A stretch of 63,781 nucleotides of DNA, the filler included, from Parasitella parasitica NRRL 2501 (taxonomy: Eukaryota > Fungi > Mucoromycota): assembly GCA_025201805.1 (NCBI GenBank). It is 8 parts of 8 records of this genome, joined end to end, with 100 filler letters (N's around TTAATTAATTAA, not from the genome) between each part and the next. Parts side by side here need not be neighbours in the genome. Positions count along the whole stretch, not along the records: positions 20,108 to 41,772 come from MU619457.1; positions 41,873 to 43,021 come from MU619671.1; positions 43,122 to 48,888 come from MU619447.1; 5 more parts are not named here. One strand, 5' to 3'. A program made the position numbers and the translations under genes. Of the stretch, positions 37,127-48,988 are shown one piece after another (within the stretch, counting starts at the first letter, position 1; each line of letters starts with the position of its first letter). The notes under the pieces were generated by a model. It ran no database searches. It had not been told where the DNA came from and saw only the letters and a list, made by a program, of their open reading frames with translations.

Positions 37127-39055
37127 TTAGTTTGTAATCAATGTATTGTTGACATACACAGGATTGTCATTCAAAAACAGAGTGGCGTAATACTCGGTGG
37201 TAGGCACAGCTTTTCTGACCTTTGCAAGCTTGCCATTTTCGTCTCTTTGAGCCTGATACAAAGTGTACTTGTTTTCGTTGTTTCGATAAATACAAATATA
37301 CAGATCCTTGTCGCTAAAATCTAGGTTAATTCTTTTGAGCTTTGTGCACTGTCTGAAATCCAACTTCATGGTGACTTTGCGTTCTGATCTGTGCTCATCT
37401 TCGTACTCGGTTAATGCGTAGTACGATCCACCCAACACCTCTACTTCCTCATGCGGATACAAACCAAAGAAAAATGACTCGATGGAAAATGTCTCCAGAT
37501 CAGGACATAGACGAAGCTGTTTGCAGAGTTGTTCACAACAAGGCTCCAGGGCAAGAACACTTGGGAAAATGAGAATGTTCAAGTTGATGTCCTTGATATG
37601 AGACTCTACAAAGGGCTGGCTGCCCAGTGATTCGGCATAAAATATGTGGTGAAGTCTTACGGACTCAAGATACTTGAATTTCTCCAAAAACTTTGGCAGC
37701 CAAGTAATGCTGATATTCTGCTTGTCTCCGTTCACATCCAAGTGAGTCAAATGAGAAAACTGTTTAAGCGGTCCTGTGATGAACTCTCCATAGGTGTCCA
37801 AAGTAGGTTGCGGGCCGTTTCCAGAAAATGAGCCAATCTCGCCGTCCGGATCAAATTCTACGTCGTCGTGGATGGTAATTTTGACTTTCTGGATGGAATT
37901 TTTCTGGTTTGACTCCGCCAATGCGCTCAATTGAGATTCCAAGTCTTGGAGATAGGCTGATACAACTACGCTTTCTAGTTGTGTTCCATTTGCATCCATG
38001 ATACTGACCATGTTTGCCGAGATGGGGGCAAATTCAAATGCAAATGCCTTTAGGTTTGGGTTCTGCTGGATGATTGGAAGCACAAGCTCCTCGCATGGCT
38101 GCTTTTCGTACATGGTGTGTTGAAGATCGCTCGTTATAAAGCCCAGCGTGAAATGGTTGAGACCCGAGTATTTTTTGCCAAGGTATTTCAACCATTGATG
38201 AGTGACTTTTACATCTTGAAACTCCAAGTCATTATTGTAGAACATGAGGATCTCCAAATGCTCAAGCGAGGATACAGGTTCCGGGTCGTCGACAATGACA
38301 GCATTATTGGAATCTAAGACATGCTGAACATCCACGTACGGATAGTCAAGCGTTTCATTCAATCGAAAAGTATAATTTTTCAGAGTCAGTTTTTTCAGTC
38401 GAGGCAGTTTTTGATGAATCAGTTCAAAATCACGCATTGCCAGATGTACGCCGTCCAGCGTGAGCGATCTCAAATTAGATGTATTTCTCAAATCCATAAT
38501 CAGCCTGTCTTTTGCCGCTTTTTCCTCTCTTTCCCATAGGTTATTGTTCCAGTGTGGCTCGTAATACTTTAGCGATAAACTGGTGAGGTAAAGACACGGT
38601 GCGCTCATAATGTAGCTTGTCAATGGCTTCTTACACAGGTTCACCTCTGTGATTGCACGTAATGTCGAGCTCCATGTCTTTAGATTGGAGATGAAACTGC
38701 CTGCGCCTGGTCCCGATAGCCTGCCAACATCGCTGCTAGATTGAACTTGATAATCCAAAACCTTCAAATTGTTGAACAAGACGGGCAATTTTATAAATAG
38801 CTTGTCTTCTGGGGGATGATGATCGTTGAATACGAATTCGCTGATCTGATGTGCCATGTCGGGATGGCTGTCAAAGTACTCCATGGCTCTGTGTAGCTTG
38901 AAATAGTTGTGCTGAATAACAAGTGGAGAAAATAAGACTCCCAGCTGTTTGATTTTTTCATACCAATACCTATTCACTAAAAGACATTCGAGTTTTTCTT
39001 CTTGCGTTAAATACGAAAATATCAGCGCGTAAAGCTCCTTTGCAAGTCTGTCCAT
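37127..39055 (-). CDS. F-box / RNI-like (LRR) protein
   Basis: N-terminal MDRLAKELYALIFSYLTQEEKLECLLVNRYW F-box pattern followed by LxxLxL repeats; single exon. Confidence 0.8.
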   Translation of the reverse strand: MDRLAKELYALIFSYLTQEEKLECLLVNRYWYEKIKQLGVLFSPLVIQHNYFKLHRAMEYFDSHPDMAHQISEFVFNDHHPPEDKLFIKLPVLFNNLKVLDYQVQSSSDVGRLSGPGAGSFISNLKTWSSTLRAITEVNLCKKPLTSYIMSAPCLYLTSLSLKYYEPHWNNNLWEREEKAAKDRLIMDLRNTSNLRSLTLDGVHLAMRDFELIHQKLPRLKKLTLKNYTFRLNETLDYPYVDVQHVLDSNNAVIVDDPEPVSSLEHLEILMFYNNDLEFQDVKVTHQWLKYLGKKYSGLNHFTLGFITSDLQHTMYEKQPCEELVLPIIQQNPNLKAFAFEFAPISANMVSIMDANGTQLESVVVSAYLQDLESQLSALAESNQKNSIQKVKITIHDDVEFDPDGEIGSFSGNGPQPTLDTYGEFITGPLKQFSHLTHLDVNGDKQNISITWLPKFLEKFKYLESVRLHHIFYAESLGSQPFVESHIKDINLNILIFPSVLALEPCCEQLCKQLRLCPDLETFSIESFFFGLYPHEEVEVLGGSYYALTEYEDEHRSERKVTMKLDFRQCTKLKRINLDFSDKDLYICIYRNNENKYTLYQAQRDENGKLAKVRKAVPTTEYYATLFLNDNPVYVNNTLITN

Positions 39056-40411
39056 GATGCTATGTTTGGTGGTAAAACAAGAAAAAAAACAAAAGTGGGA
39101 ATAAGAGAAAGCTTTCTCGTTCATCAGTAATTCCCAGGTCAAATGCGCTCTTCAAAATGATTCACTAATCTCAAAAGCTGCTGGGAGTTTGACAGAAATT
39201 ATTGGGCCGCAAGGATCGTGCAAGCGGATATTGGCATTAATGCTGATGAGTTACAGCGCAGAGGTGCAACAAATCCCGCGAATCAGAAGATTTTTTCGGC
39301 TCATTTCAGGGCTGTCCACACAATAATTTTCCATGAAACAAGTCTGTTTAAGGAAGGTGTCTGCCCAGAATCTGCCAAAATTCGTTGCATAAATTATCCA
39401 TCATCTTAAATGGGAAATGAATGCAACTCGAATAGTTGAAAAATGGCGATAGACTTTAGATGTAATGTCAACACTCTGTTGGTGATACAATACAAGCCTG
39501 TTCCACTCTCGAATTTAACAACATCCAGTATGTGTCCAAAATGTACACCAACGCCCCCCCCCTTAATTGTTCTTGTAACGTTTGGCAACATCTGGAGAGC
39601 TCAAATTAGGCTGATCTTTCACTCGGCCCCGTTAAAGTGGACAGATGTTGTTATTCAAGCAAAAGACGAGTTGCTTCACATTCATTACGAAAGGAAATAC
39701 ACAAGCAGCTGTAATAACCAAAATCCACCTGCGAAACACAGCTACCTTCGTTCATAGATTTTTATTAGTAATTATTCAAACAACTTCTCAAGTGCGCCCC
39801 CCTCTTGATAGTGCCTTCGGGACCTATATACACGGAGCAATCAATAAAAAAAAAGTAAAAGTAACAGCAGTAGGGCAATGTCGTCCTATGGAGCCATTTT
39901 TCTCTAAAGAAAAATTGATGCTGAACGGATTTTTTGGAGTTGTGTTGACATATTCACATATTAACATATTATTATTTATAACCAAATTACAGCATAACGA
40001 ATCGTCTTTTTTAGTTAGGCCATATCCAATTTCGAGAGTTTCAAGCTTTTTTGCCCCACTTTCACCATTATTTACTCTGTTTAGAGAGCTCTTATTTTAA
40101 ATGAAAATATATCACCATTTATTTCATGCTTTGTTTTATGCGTATTTTTAATTGGTTTCTAAAAATGAGATGTAGTTGGCTTAAGGTAGATTTCTCAAAA
40201 ATCAACAAACTGGGATGGAACTGTAAAAACAAACCAAAGCATTTGTTAACTTCATTCTGTTATGTCAAAATAAGCCGGTCAAATAAATCTTCCAAAGAGT
40301 TATACTTTTGTTAGAAATGCATATTTTAGATGTATTTATATAAACCAAATTATGTGTTAACGTCGTAATGTATGACTTTAGCCCCTTGGTCTGGCTACAA
40401 GCCTTATAGCA

Positions 40412-40680
40412 TGTTAGATATATATGAATAATTGCTATTCAATAATGTATTGATTATAAATTGACAGATAGTATGTTTGCCGACTGTAAAAACAAAAATA
40501 TACTATTCAATAAATAATAAATCAATATAAAAAGGACTAGTTCTCTGTAATATAAATAAATATACATTGGGGAAAATGTATGTATAATAATGTAAAGTTA
40601 AGTTTACGAGAGAAAAAGGTTGTTTATTATCAATGTCGACATGTGCCAAGCATATGCGACCTGCATTAGGATCAATTTAC
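40412..40680 (-). repeat. Dispersed repeat, inverted homolog of ~53545-53795
   Basis: AAAAGGACTAGTTCTCTGTAATATAAATAAATATAC and AATGTAAAGTTAAGTTTACGAGAGAAAAA match the reverse complement of 53600-53695; boundaries approximate. Confidence 0.8.
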
Positions 40681-41772
40681 ATATAAAGATGTCTAACATA
40701 AATGGTACACAAAGCCTACTTGCACGCATCAACACTCCTCCTTGGTTTATGTTTGTTTCATTTAATTCTTGTTATCTCTTATATCTTCTATCATATACAA
40801 TCCCCTCCTGTGCTCATTTTCAAGTCGTGAAAAGAAAAAAGCAATATTTTTTCGTTGGATAATGCTGATTTAAACAAAGGTAATACTGGGATATGATGGG
40901 ATAATTGAAAGTATCAGACATCACATAAATGACGGATCAAAACTACATTGTAATTTGTTTGTTGTAAACCAGTTTTATGTTTCAATATAAGTAAAGGAGG
41001 CATGCTGATTGTCTATATTCAAACAAAACGGGAAGGCTATGTGTTTTCTAATGGTGTTCATTTTTTTTTTTTTTTATTTGTACTTTTCTATAAAATCAAT
41101 ATTAATTTGGCTAAGTCAACACCAAAATCCTAAAAACAAAAAAACAGGGTTTCCCCCTGTTTTGTTGTTAGCGGGGCTTGAAATTCGACCAAAAATAGAA
41201 ATTGGTAGAATTTCAATGAATACCCCACCCTAAATAGCCGGAAAATGCCTTACCACACTTCACAGCTTCGGATAAAATGGCCCATCTCAAGAACTGCTAG
41301 AGTAAGCACAGCCGATGAGTAGAAACAGCCTACATGCTCCTGTATGACCCGGATAAAGAACTAATGTCAAGTTTCAATGATAGGCCATCCACTTGACATG
41401 AAGATAGAACCAAACCTAATAATGTAGAACAAAAATGATTTTTCAGTTAGTAAAAAAGCTCTTACAGAAACATAATAAATGGTAATACCTGAAGAATGAA
41501 CTACTGCACTAGAAAGACGACATCCTGTATATTGTTTTCTCGTGATAGGTTCTATAAAAAACGCGTATGAGAGTGTAAGTTAGTGTCCTTTAGAAAGCGT
41601 GGGGAATATTCGACTTTACCCACAATCAAAGAGGTTTAACGTATAATACCAGCAATAATGAACACAAAGTGCATGCGTTTGCATCGTAGATAATCAAAGA
41701 TAGGGGTATATAGTAGTAACATAATAGCGTAGTAGTAGAAGTAGAGAAGCAGCAAAAAAAAGAGGTGGGGGT

Positions 41773-41872
41773 NNNNNNNNNNNNNNNNNNNNNNNNNNNN
41801 NNNNNNNNNNNNNNNNTTAATTAATTAANNNNNNNNNNNNNNNNNNNNNNNNNNNNNNNNNNNNNNNNNNNN
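41773..41872. other. Artificial contig linker
   Basis: Same 100-bp block. Confidence 0.97.
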
Positions 41873-43021
41873 TGTTAAAAACACGTATGCGAACTATTTG
41901 GTGAATTATTTGGCAATGTAAACTCAGGTTATTTCAAGTTTAGCTTCAAATTAAGAGATTTGCAGTTTACTAAATAGGCAACAGCTATAAAAAGTCAAAA
42001 TGTTTTGCTCTTACCGAAACAAAAAAAAACATAAACCAAAAAAAAAAAAAAAAACAAGATTATCCCAGAATGCTAAAAAAAGATCTCAACAAAAGAAATG
42101 TTCTTTCATCTAAAACAAAAAAAAAAGTATATTATATGAAACACTGCTGTGTATAAACGTAAAATGTCTTTATTTAAAAAATTTGTATCAGTTTATTCGA
42201 ATCAGTTATTGGTTTAAGATAAGAGGTTAGCATCATATTACGATACAGATTGATTATGGTTTTAAAAACCCCTTTTTTTGGGCTATATTATTCCGTTTCT
42301 AAATATGGATTTGCATTATAGGCACTAGCAATGTATACATTATTCAGGTTTCAACAGTAGATATTTTTATCATTTTAAATTTGATTGATACAGGGTGCGT
42401 TTTATTTATAAAAAAAAAATATATAAAAATAAAAATAGAATCGAACGAGAGACCTATTGTATACAGCGACACCAAACAGAATGAAGCATTCCAAGTAAAT
42501 AGAAAGTTTATAGATATCCATAACGATAGGCCACGGCAGTAGCAATTAACCATGTAGATAACAGATAGCAGCTTTAATAATAGACATAGCCTAGCATATT
42601 TAAGCCTGTGTTTGAGTTTGACCATATACGAATGCCTTTGAAGCTGCCTAAAGGTACTGCAGTTAGTATATACAGCAGCTAGACAAAAGGTTTATTTAAA
42701 AATAGCAATCTGTTTAACAAACCTTTATTTCAGTAACTGTATATCGATAATGGTTGTGTTAATCCTTGGCCAGTTAAGTCTCATAGTACCTTGAAAGTAA
42801 AAGGTTAAAATGCGATGAATTTGGTAACAAGATTTTGGCATACCTTTAAGCTAAGCACAGAAGGGAATTTTGATACAAAGAAAAGGCCATGTTAATTCAA
42901 CATTGGATATGCCATGGTAGCTGAAATAATAGAAGGAATGTTAACAAAAAGCTATAGTCTGCATTCAATTATAAAAGTGCGGGATGTACCTTTATCCTTC
43001 TTGCTTATGTATACAAGAAAC

Positions 43022-43121
43022 NNNNNNNNNNNNNNNNNNNNNNNNNNNNNNNNNNNNNNNNNNNNTTAATTAATTAANNNNNNNNNNNNNNNNNNNNNNN
43101 NNNNNNNNNNNNNNNNNNNNN
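43022..43121. other. Artificial contig linker
   Basis: Same 100-bp block. Confidence 0.97.
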
Positions 43122-43293
43122 AAGATTGGAGATTGTCCAATGATGTGTTGTTATACTTGTCGAAACAGGGGAATGAAGTCTTTGTTTCAAATCAGGAAGG
43201 TTATCTGTAACACAGATCTGTATGATTGACAAACAATAAGGTACTGTCAGATCAAAGATCAATAGCTTTGTAGTATAATAATACATCGTACCC

Positions 43294-43505
43294 TGTTAAG
43301 GATATGATGTTGCTTGCAAGTTATTCTTATCGATTACTATCGACTAGTATTTTTAAACAAGTCACCAAAAATTTATGTTGTTGTAAAAAGTATAAATAGC
43401 AGATGCAAAGTTGAATCTTTAATAAAGTAATCTCAAGTTTTCGTATCTCGTTAATTCAACGTTTTATATTATACTTTTTTTATTTCGATCTTGCAGATCT
43501 CAACA
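43294..43505 (+). repeat. Putative solo LTR (TGTTAAG...CTCAACA)
   Basis: TG..CA imperfect inverted termini, internal TATAAATA and AATAAA; 3' end shared with 20343-20367; no TSD seen. Confidence 0.55.
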
Positions 43506-43774
43506 GTTTGTACAAAGGATATTCGTATTTGATTTAAGTAGTTGTTCCTAAGGGTTTACTGTGTTTCTGTGATCTGTTCTTCAATTGGAATAGGCAACAA
43601 TCAATAAAAGCAAATTACGAAAGAAAAGCTCAATGTTTATTTGAAGATCAACTTCTACTTTTAATGTCTCAGGTACCGAGTTCTTGGACATACTACATCT
43701 TGTGTATCTTCTCATATCACGTGCTTCCTTTTTTTGGTAACCTGATCATAATTAATCCACGGCACGTATTAATA

Positions 43775-44139
43775 TGATACTCTGCGGTGCGGGTTTTGTG
43801 AAATTGGTAGCGATGTTTTGGAAAGATCTTGCAGTAAACAGGTCAATGCCGAGACTAATTAGACTGTTTTGCTGTTGTTTAAGTGTATATTATGTCGAAT
43901 AACTAGGATGGTATATGGTATCTCAGCGATAGAATAGCAAATAATTATATATGACAGTATTTTAAACGTAAGAAAGTTCGATTTATTTCAAATATGAAGC
44001 ATAATTCCATATATATTTCTAAGATGAGACGTTCCTAGAATGCAACATCAGGTTCTGGAACGTAGCTTCAATTGGCTCAGACTCTGATCACGTGCGGATG
44101 ATCAATCAGCACCACCAAAAACAATTTACATCTGTAACA
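43775..44139 (-). repeat. 3' LTR of the Gypsy element (365 bp)
   Basis: TGATAC...GTAACA termini; polypurine tract AAGGAGGGAGGCA on the minus strand at 44140-44152. Confidence 0.9.
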
Positions 44140-44165
44140 TGCCTCCCTCCTTAAAGTGCTGATCA

Positions 44166-46727
44166 TCATTCAGGGCGTCTACCTTCTTTTCTTTCCAACC
44201 ACGACGAAAATAATCCTTCTTGTCTTTTAGCTTGAACGTCTGGCACCATACTCTTTCTTGCTTCAAATGGAATTAATTGATCACCATTAACGGCCCCATC
44301 CAGGCGTCTAGAATTTGGACCAGATAAATGATAATTTCCAGAATTATTCACTCGCACTACAGTCATTGGCCCAATCCACTTGTCTGCAAACTTATTCTCA
44401 GGATACTGGTCTTTCATAAGCACTTGTTCACCGACTCGATATAGTTTCCTAAACCTCACCGTATTGTCGTATCTTTTTTTCATTTGTTTCTTTCCTTCAT
44501 TTGAGACTTCTCTTGCTTTTCTTCGGTATTCTTTGATTGCAGCATCAATTTCTTCAACTCTTCTGTTAATTTCCTCGCTGTATTCACCTTCGGCATAATC
44601 CACTTTTGGAGCCGACCAATTTCCGACTGAACTGACACTTGGCTAACTTCAATTTCAAATTAGCCTTATTACACGCATCGAGGATTTTCTGCAAATGCAC
44701 CGCATGTTCTTCTGGGCTTCTAGAGTACACCACATAATCATCTATAAAGGCATATACGAATACACCTAGATACTCTTGAAGTATATTGTTCATACACCGC
44801 TGATATGTGCTTGGGCTGCCTTGTAACCCCATTGCCATGACATTGAAAGAAAAAACTCCCATTTTGCAAATAAACCCACTCTTCTCAATTGAATCACTAT
44901 GTAAAGGTATTTGCCAGAACCCAAATGCAGCGTCCAAGACTGTGTAACATTGATATCCTCCGATAGTGAATCCAGAATATCATCAATGTGGGGTAGCGGA
45001 TAACCATCCTTGACAGTAATAGCGTTCAGCTTTTGAAAGTTCACCACTAATCGCAATTTTCCATCTTTCTTGGGCACAAAAAACACCGGCGAGGTATACT
45101 TACCCGAGCTTGGACGAATAATGTCAAGCTCCAGAAGCGTTTTCAGTTCCTCCTTCAGGCTTTCCTCCTCATCCACTGTCAAACGATATGGTTTAGACTG
45201 AATTGGCTCGTCAGACGTTGTGATGATTTCGTGAGATACATTGTTCACTCTGCCCAAACCACCATATTCATAGAATGTGTTCAGATTGTTTCTCACCACA
45301 TTTTGCACCACTGCCGGGACACCATCTAGAACTTCCTCCAATGTAGCATAATTCTTGCCTTCCCCACTCTCACTATCTTGCAGGGAAACGATGTCTTCGT
45401 GATATGTATTCATCAAGCCTTGCCCCCATTGACCACCTTCATCAGCATCGCCATTTTCTTGTTGACTTTCGCTTTGTTGACCCTTTCTTAGAGATACAGT
45501 ATACACCGGTACCGTAGATACATTATCATAGTCAGAGACTGCTTGTTCTCCATCACCATCTTTCACACAAGCAACTTCAATAAACTTTGTACCTTCACGT
45601 GTTGGAATTATAATCAGATTTTCCTTTGAGTCAATCTTAATAGAATGATTAGTAAACCATGTTCTTCCCAAAAGACACACATCTTTATCCCGAATAGAGT
45701 TGTCGATACAGAAATGCTCTCTTCTGAGCTTTCCTCCAATACGCAATGAAACATCTTTAGCTACCACCGATGTCTCACTAACTGCGTCGTTGAACCCGGT
45801 CAAAGCGAATCGCTTATTCACCTTTATCAATTGTAGACCTAATAAATCCGCTAGTCGTCTACTCATCACCGATATTGCAGCTCCAGTATCAACCGTTGCA
45901 ATCATTAGTGTATCACCAATGGCTACCATGGTCCGCATAGGTTGGCTATTCATTAGTTTTTTAAGGTCAAAAGGATAATCTATCACAGTGTCAAGGTCAT
46001 CGTCACCATCAGATGAGTGTTGATAACTGCTATCATTAGTACTTGATACATCATCTTCCGATAGTTCATCACTGCCACTGTCATAATATGAAGACTCGTC
46101 ATCGTCCCCACTTTCACCATGCTTCAATTCATTGATGACCACAGTTGTGCCGCCATTCCTAGGCCTTGCACGATGAATAGCTACCAAGCTCTCACGCAGC
46201 TTTCTACTTGCATTCTTGTCTTTGGCTAAGTACTGTAAAATACTTACACCAGTTTCAGATGGTTGATTGAGTAGCTTCATAATGTCGGGCGGAACCACCT
46301 TATTGGAATACAAAGGCTTTTTCTCCCTTATACGCTGTAAAGTCTTGGCCAATACCACATTATCCCCTTGAGTTGGTGCTTGCTGAATAAACATTGGAGG
46401 ATGTGCTTGCTGTGATGGACCAGGATCAGCTCTTTCTTTCCCCTTTTTGCGTCTACTATCTTGAACACCTTCATCTGAATACGAGCCACCTCTTGTTCGC
46501 TTGACTGCATTGACATCCAATTCAATTTCTCTGTGATCAATAAAATTAGTAGAATGAGTTGTATTTTTTTTCTTTTTTTGATTTCTATTGTTTTTGTTAT
46601 CTTTTTTTATGTTTTTTCTTTCATCATCAATATCTTTAATTTCCACAACGTTTATCCCACTTGAGTTTTTGGTACTATCCTGGACATCAGTAGCAACTCC
46701 TTCTACTGACGTCCCGAACCTTTTCCC
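44166..46727 (-). pseudogene. Gypsy pol: protease, partial RT, integrase C-terminus; RNase H and integrase core deleted
   Basis: VDTGAAISV; PYRL, SPVFFVPKKDGKLRLVVNFQKLN, YPLPHID, frameshift, DAAFGFWQI, AFIDDYVVYS, KCQF, then directly KKRYD..VGEQVL..KWIGPMTV. Confidence 0.92.
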
Positions 46728-47764
46728 GAGCCCTCAATATTATTGCTGTTACCCTCATTAATTTCCCTTTGATTACTGGTGTTACCTTGCTGGCTTGGAC
46801 CAGCGATTCCACTTCCATTATTGTATGTTTGCTGTTGCCTTCTTCTTGGCGGATAAGGACACCCACGAGCAATATGACCAAGTTCACCGCAATTGTAACA
46901 CGCATCATTAATAAATTGTCTTGTTTGCTGAACATGACCCCGTTGCTGATAATGATTACCGCTATCTTGCTGTATGACCATGTTATGTTGTGCGATCATA
47001 TGTTGCTGTTGTCGAATCAATTCCCTTTGCTCCACACTACTGATCTTGAGTGCTCGCATTTCGTTCACCAGATCCGACAGCACCGAGTTGATGGAGGAAC
47101 CTTCGCTGAGATGATCCCTGCTGTTGTTCCCCATTCCGTTACTTTCCAATTCGAAAGATACCATTTTCTTCTGAACCCCATGACTGTAACCTGCCTCCTT
47201 CTTCTTGTCATATTTAATCACCAATGCTTCGTGTTCCGAGGCTTCATCCACCAAATCCTCGAAGGACAAACTCTTTCTCGTGGCCAAAACCTTCTCCATT
47301 TCATAACCCAGACCTGGAAGTACAGACGCAACAAAAATGGCTTTCTTGGTGCCATCATCTGTTACACCTGCCGCTCAGAATAGTTGCCTGAGCCTGTTGC
47401 TGATTCCTTCGACGTCTTCATCTGACCCTTGCTGAACCATCTTCAATTCTCGCCATGCCTTCTCGTAAATCACCTTCATAAACCTTTTCTTAAATAACTC
47501 TTCGAACTCTTTGAAGGTCTTTACATCCTCTTGAACAGAATACCACCAGTCCAGAGCTCTTCCTTTAAGATAACTTCCAGCTATAGCCATGGTGGTTTCG
47601 ATGTCTTCCACTTTATTCACCTTTAAAATTTGTTTCAACCTGATGAGCCAACGCTCGGCTTCTCCAGAGTCTCTTCCATCAAATTCAGTAGGGCTTGAAA
47701 CAAATCGCATTCCGTTGCTTGGAATAATGCTATTGAAGTTGGTATTCTTGCTTGATTCACCCAT
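46703..47764 (-). pseudogene. Gypsy gag, interrupted by a premature stop at 47375
   Basis: FDGRD..AERWL, YLKGRALDWW capsid motifs; CYNCGELGHIARGC zinc knuckle. Confidence 0.9.
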
Positions 47765-48320
47765 GTCCGCTCTTCTTGTTCTTTTTCTCTTCTTTTCTTG
47801 CCGAATAACCCCTTTAAATATAAGACGTTGAACCTTCTTTCGATGTACGCCTTGAGTAGTACTAGGTAGTCGAACTTAAACTGTGTAGCCTCGTGTATGC
47901 CACAAAAATAATTAAAATGAAATAAGATTGCACCAATAACGCAATACAAGGAAAATTGGAATCAATGAGAGTATTAGCTACTACTAGTAATAATATCCAA
48001 CTTCCAAATAGTAATGATATGTTTTCGAAAATAACGTCGTTATCAAATACTATTTAAATTTAACTAATAAAATAATGTATCAATTGCTTTAGATACGTCA
48101 AACAAAATGTTTCTATAAACTTTTCTAATAAGCAAAGGTGTATCTCCAAATGAGCGATACGCAGTGCTGTGTAGATAATAACCAAAATAAACCAAAAAAT
48201 GTATCAAGTGCTTTAGATACGTCAATTCAAATGTTTGCTACCTAAATTCTCGAGATTGGCACGGCAGTGTATTGATTTGTTAGTAATTTCTATCAGTTAT
48301 CGATTACCAACAAAATTTTG

Positions 48321-48337
48321 TCTCGGCGAGACCTCCA
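48321..48337 (-). promoter_or_regulatory. Primer-binding site, probably for tRNA-Gln
   Basis: TGGAGGTCTCGCCGAGA two nt after the LTR CA; complement ...UCUCGGCGAGACCU-CCA resembles eukaryotic tRNA-Gln 3' ends. Confidence 0.7.
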
Positions 48338-48339
48338 AT

Positions 48340-48471
48340 TGATACTCTGCGGTGCGAGTTTTGTGAAATTGGTAGCGATGTTTTGGAAAGATCTTGCAGT
48401 AAACAGGTCAATGCCGAGACTAATTAGACTGTTTTGCTGTTGTTTAAGTGTATATTATGTCGAATAACTAG
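48340..48471 (-). repeat. Remaining 132 bp of the 5' LTR of the Gypsy element
   Basis: Matches 43775-43906 with one mismatch; interrupted at 48472. Confidence 0.92.
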
Positions 48472-48795
48472 TGTTATGTCAAAAGTCTGATAAAATAAAT
48501 CTGCCAAAGAATTACTCCTTTATTCATAATACATCTCTCGATGTATTATATACACATTCATTACACTAGGGTTCTACTGTTTAGCTGCATAATGTAAATC
48601 ATGACTACCCATGATTTACTGTAAGACCCTGGGACTGATCTGAGATCCTGATGTGAGACCTTGCCATGTTATTGATATAACACCACCCCACACCAACATA
48701 AGCATTATGTGACAAAAGTAGAAGTAGTTCCCGAAGTCGTAGACCGTTGTAGTAGTAGTTGTAGCTGTGTATAGTTGTAGTAGGTCGACATAACA
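48472..48795. mobile_element. LTR of a second family nested in the Gypsy 5' LTR
   Basis: Begins exactly where LTR identity stops; perfect 9-bp inverted termini TGTTATGTC...GACATAACA; TATA-like and AATAAA signals on the minus strand. Confidence 0.75.
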
Positions 48796-48888
48796 AAAAA
48801 AGAAAAGAAAAAAAAAAAAGAAAAGATAGATTTATCCAAGAGCATTGCACGAGGGTGCTTAATCTTGCTTCTTCATACATTGGATAGA

Positions 48889-48988
48889 NNNNNNNNNNNN
48901 NNNNNNNNNNNNNNNNNNNNNNNNNNNNNNNNTTAATTAATTAANNNNNNNNNNNNNNNNNNNNNNNNNNNNNNNNNNNNNNNNNNNN
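48889..48988. other. Artificial contig linker
   Basis: Same 100-bp block. Confidence 0.97.

Larger units (their letters stand above)
43775..48471 (-). mobile_element. Defective Ty3/Gypsy LTR retrotransposon
   Basis: Direct LTR copies, PBS, PPT, gag with CCHC knuckle, DTG protease, partial RT, integrase C-terminus. Confidence 0.95.
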
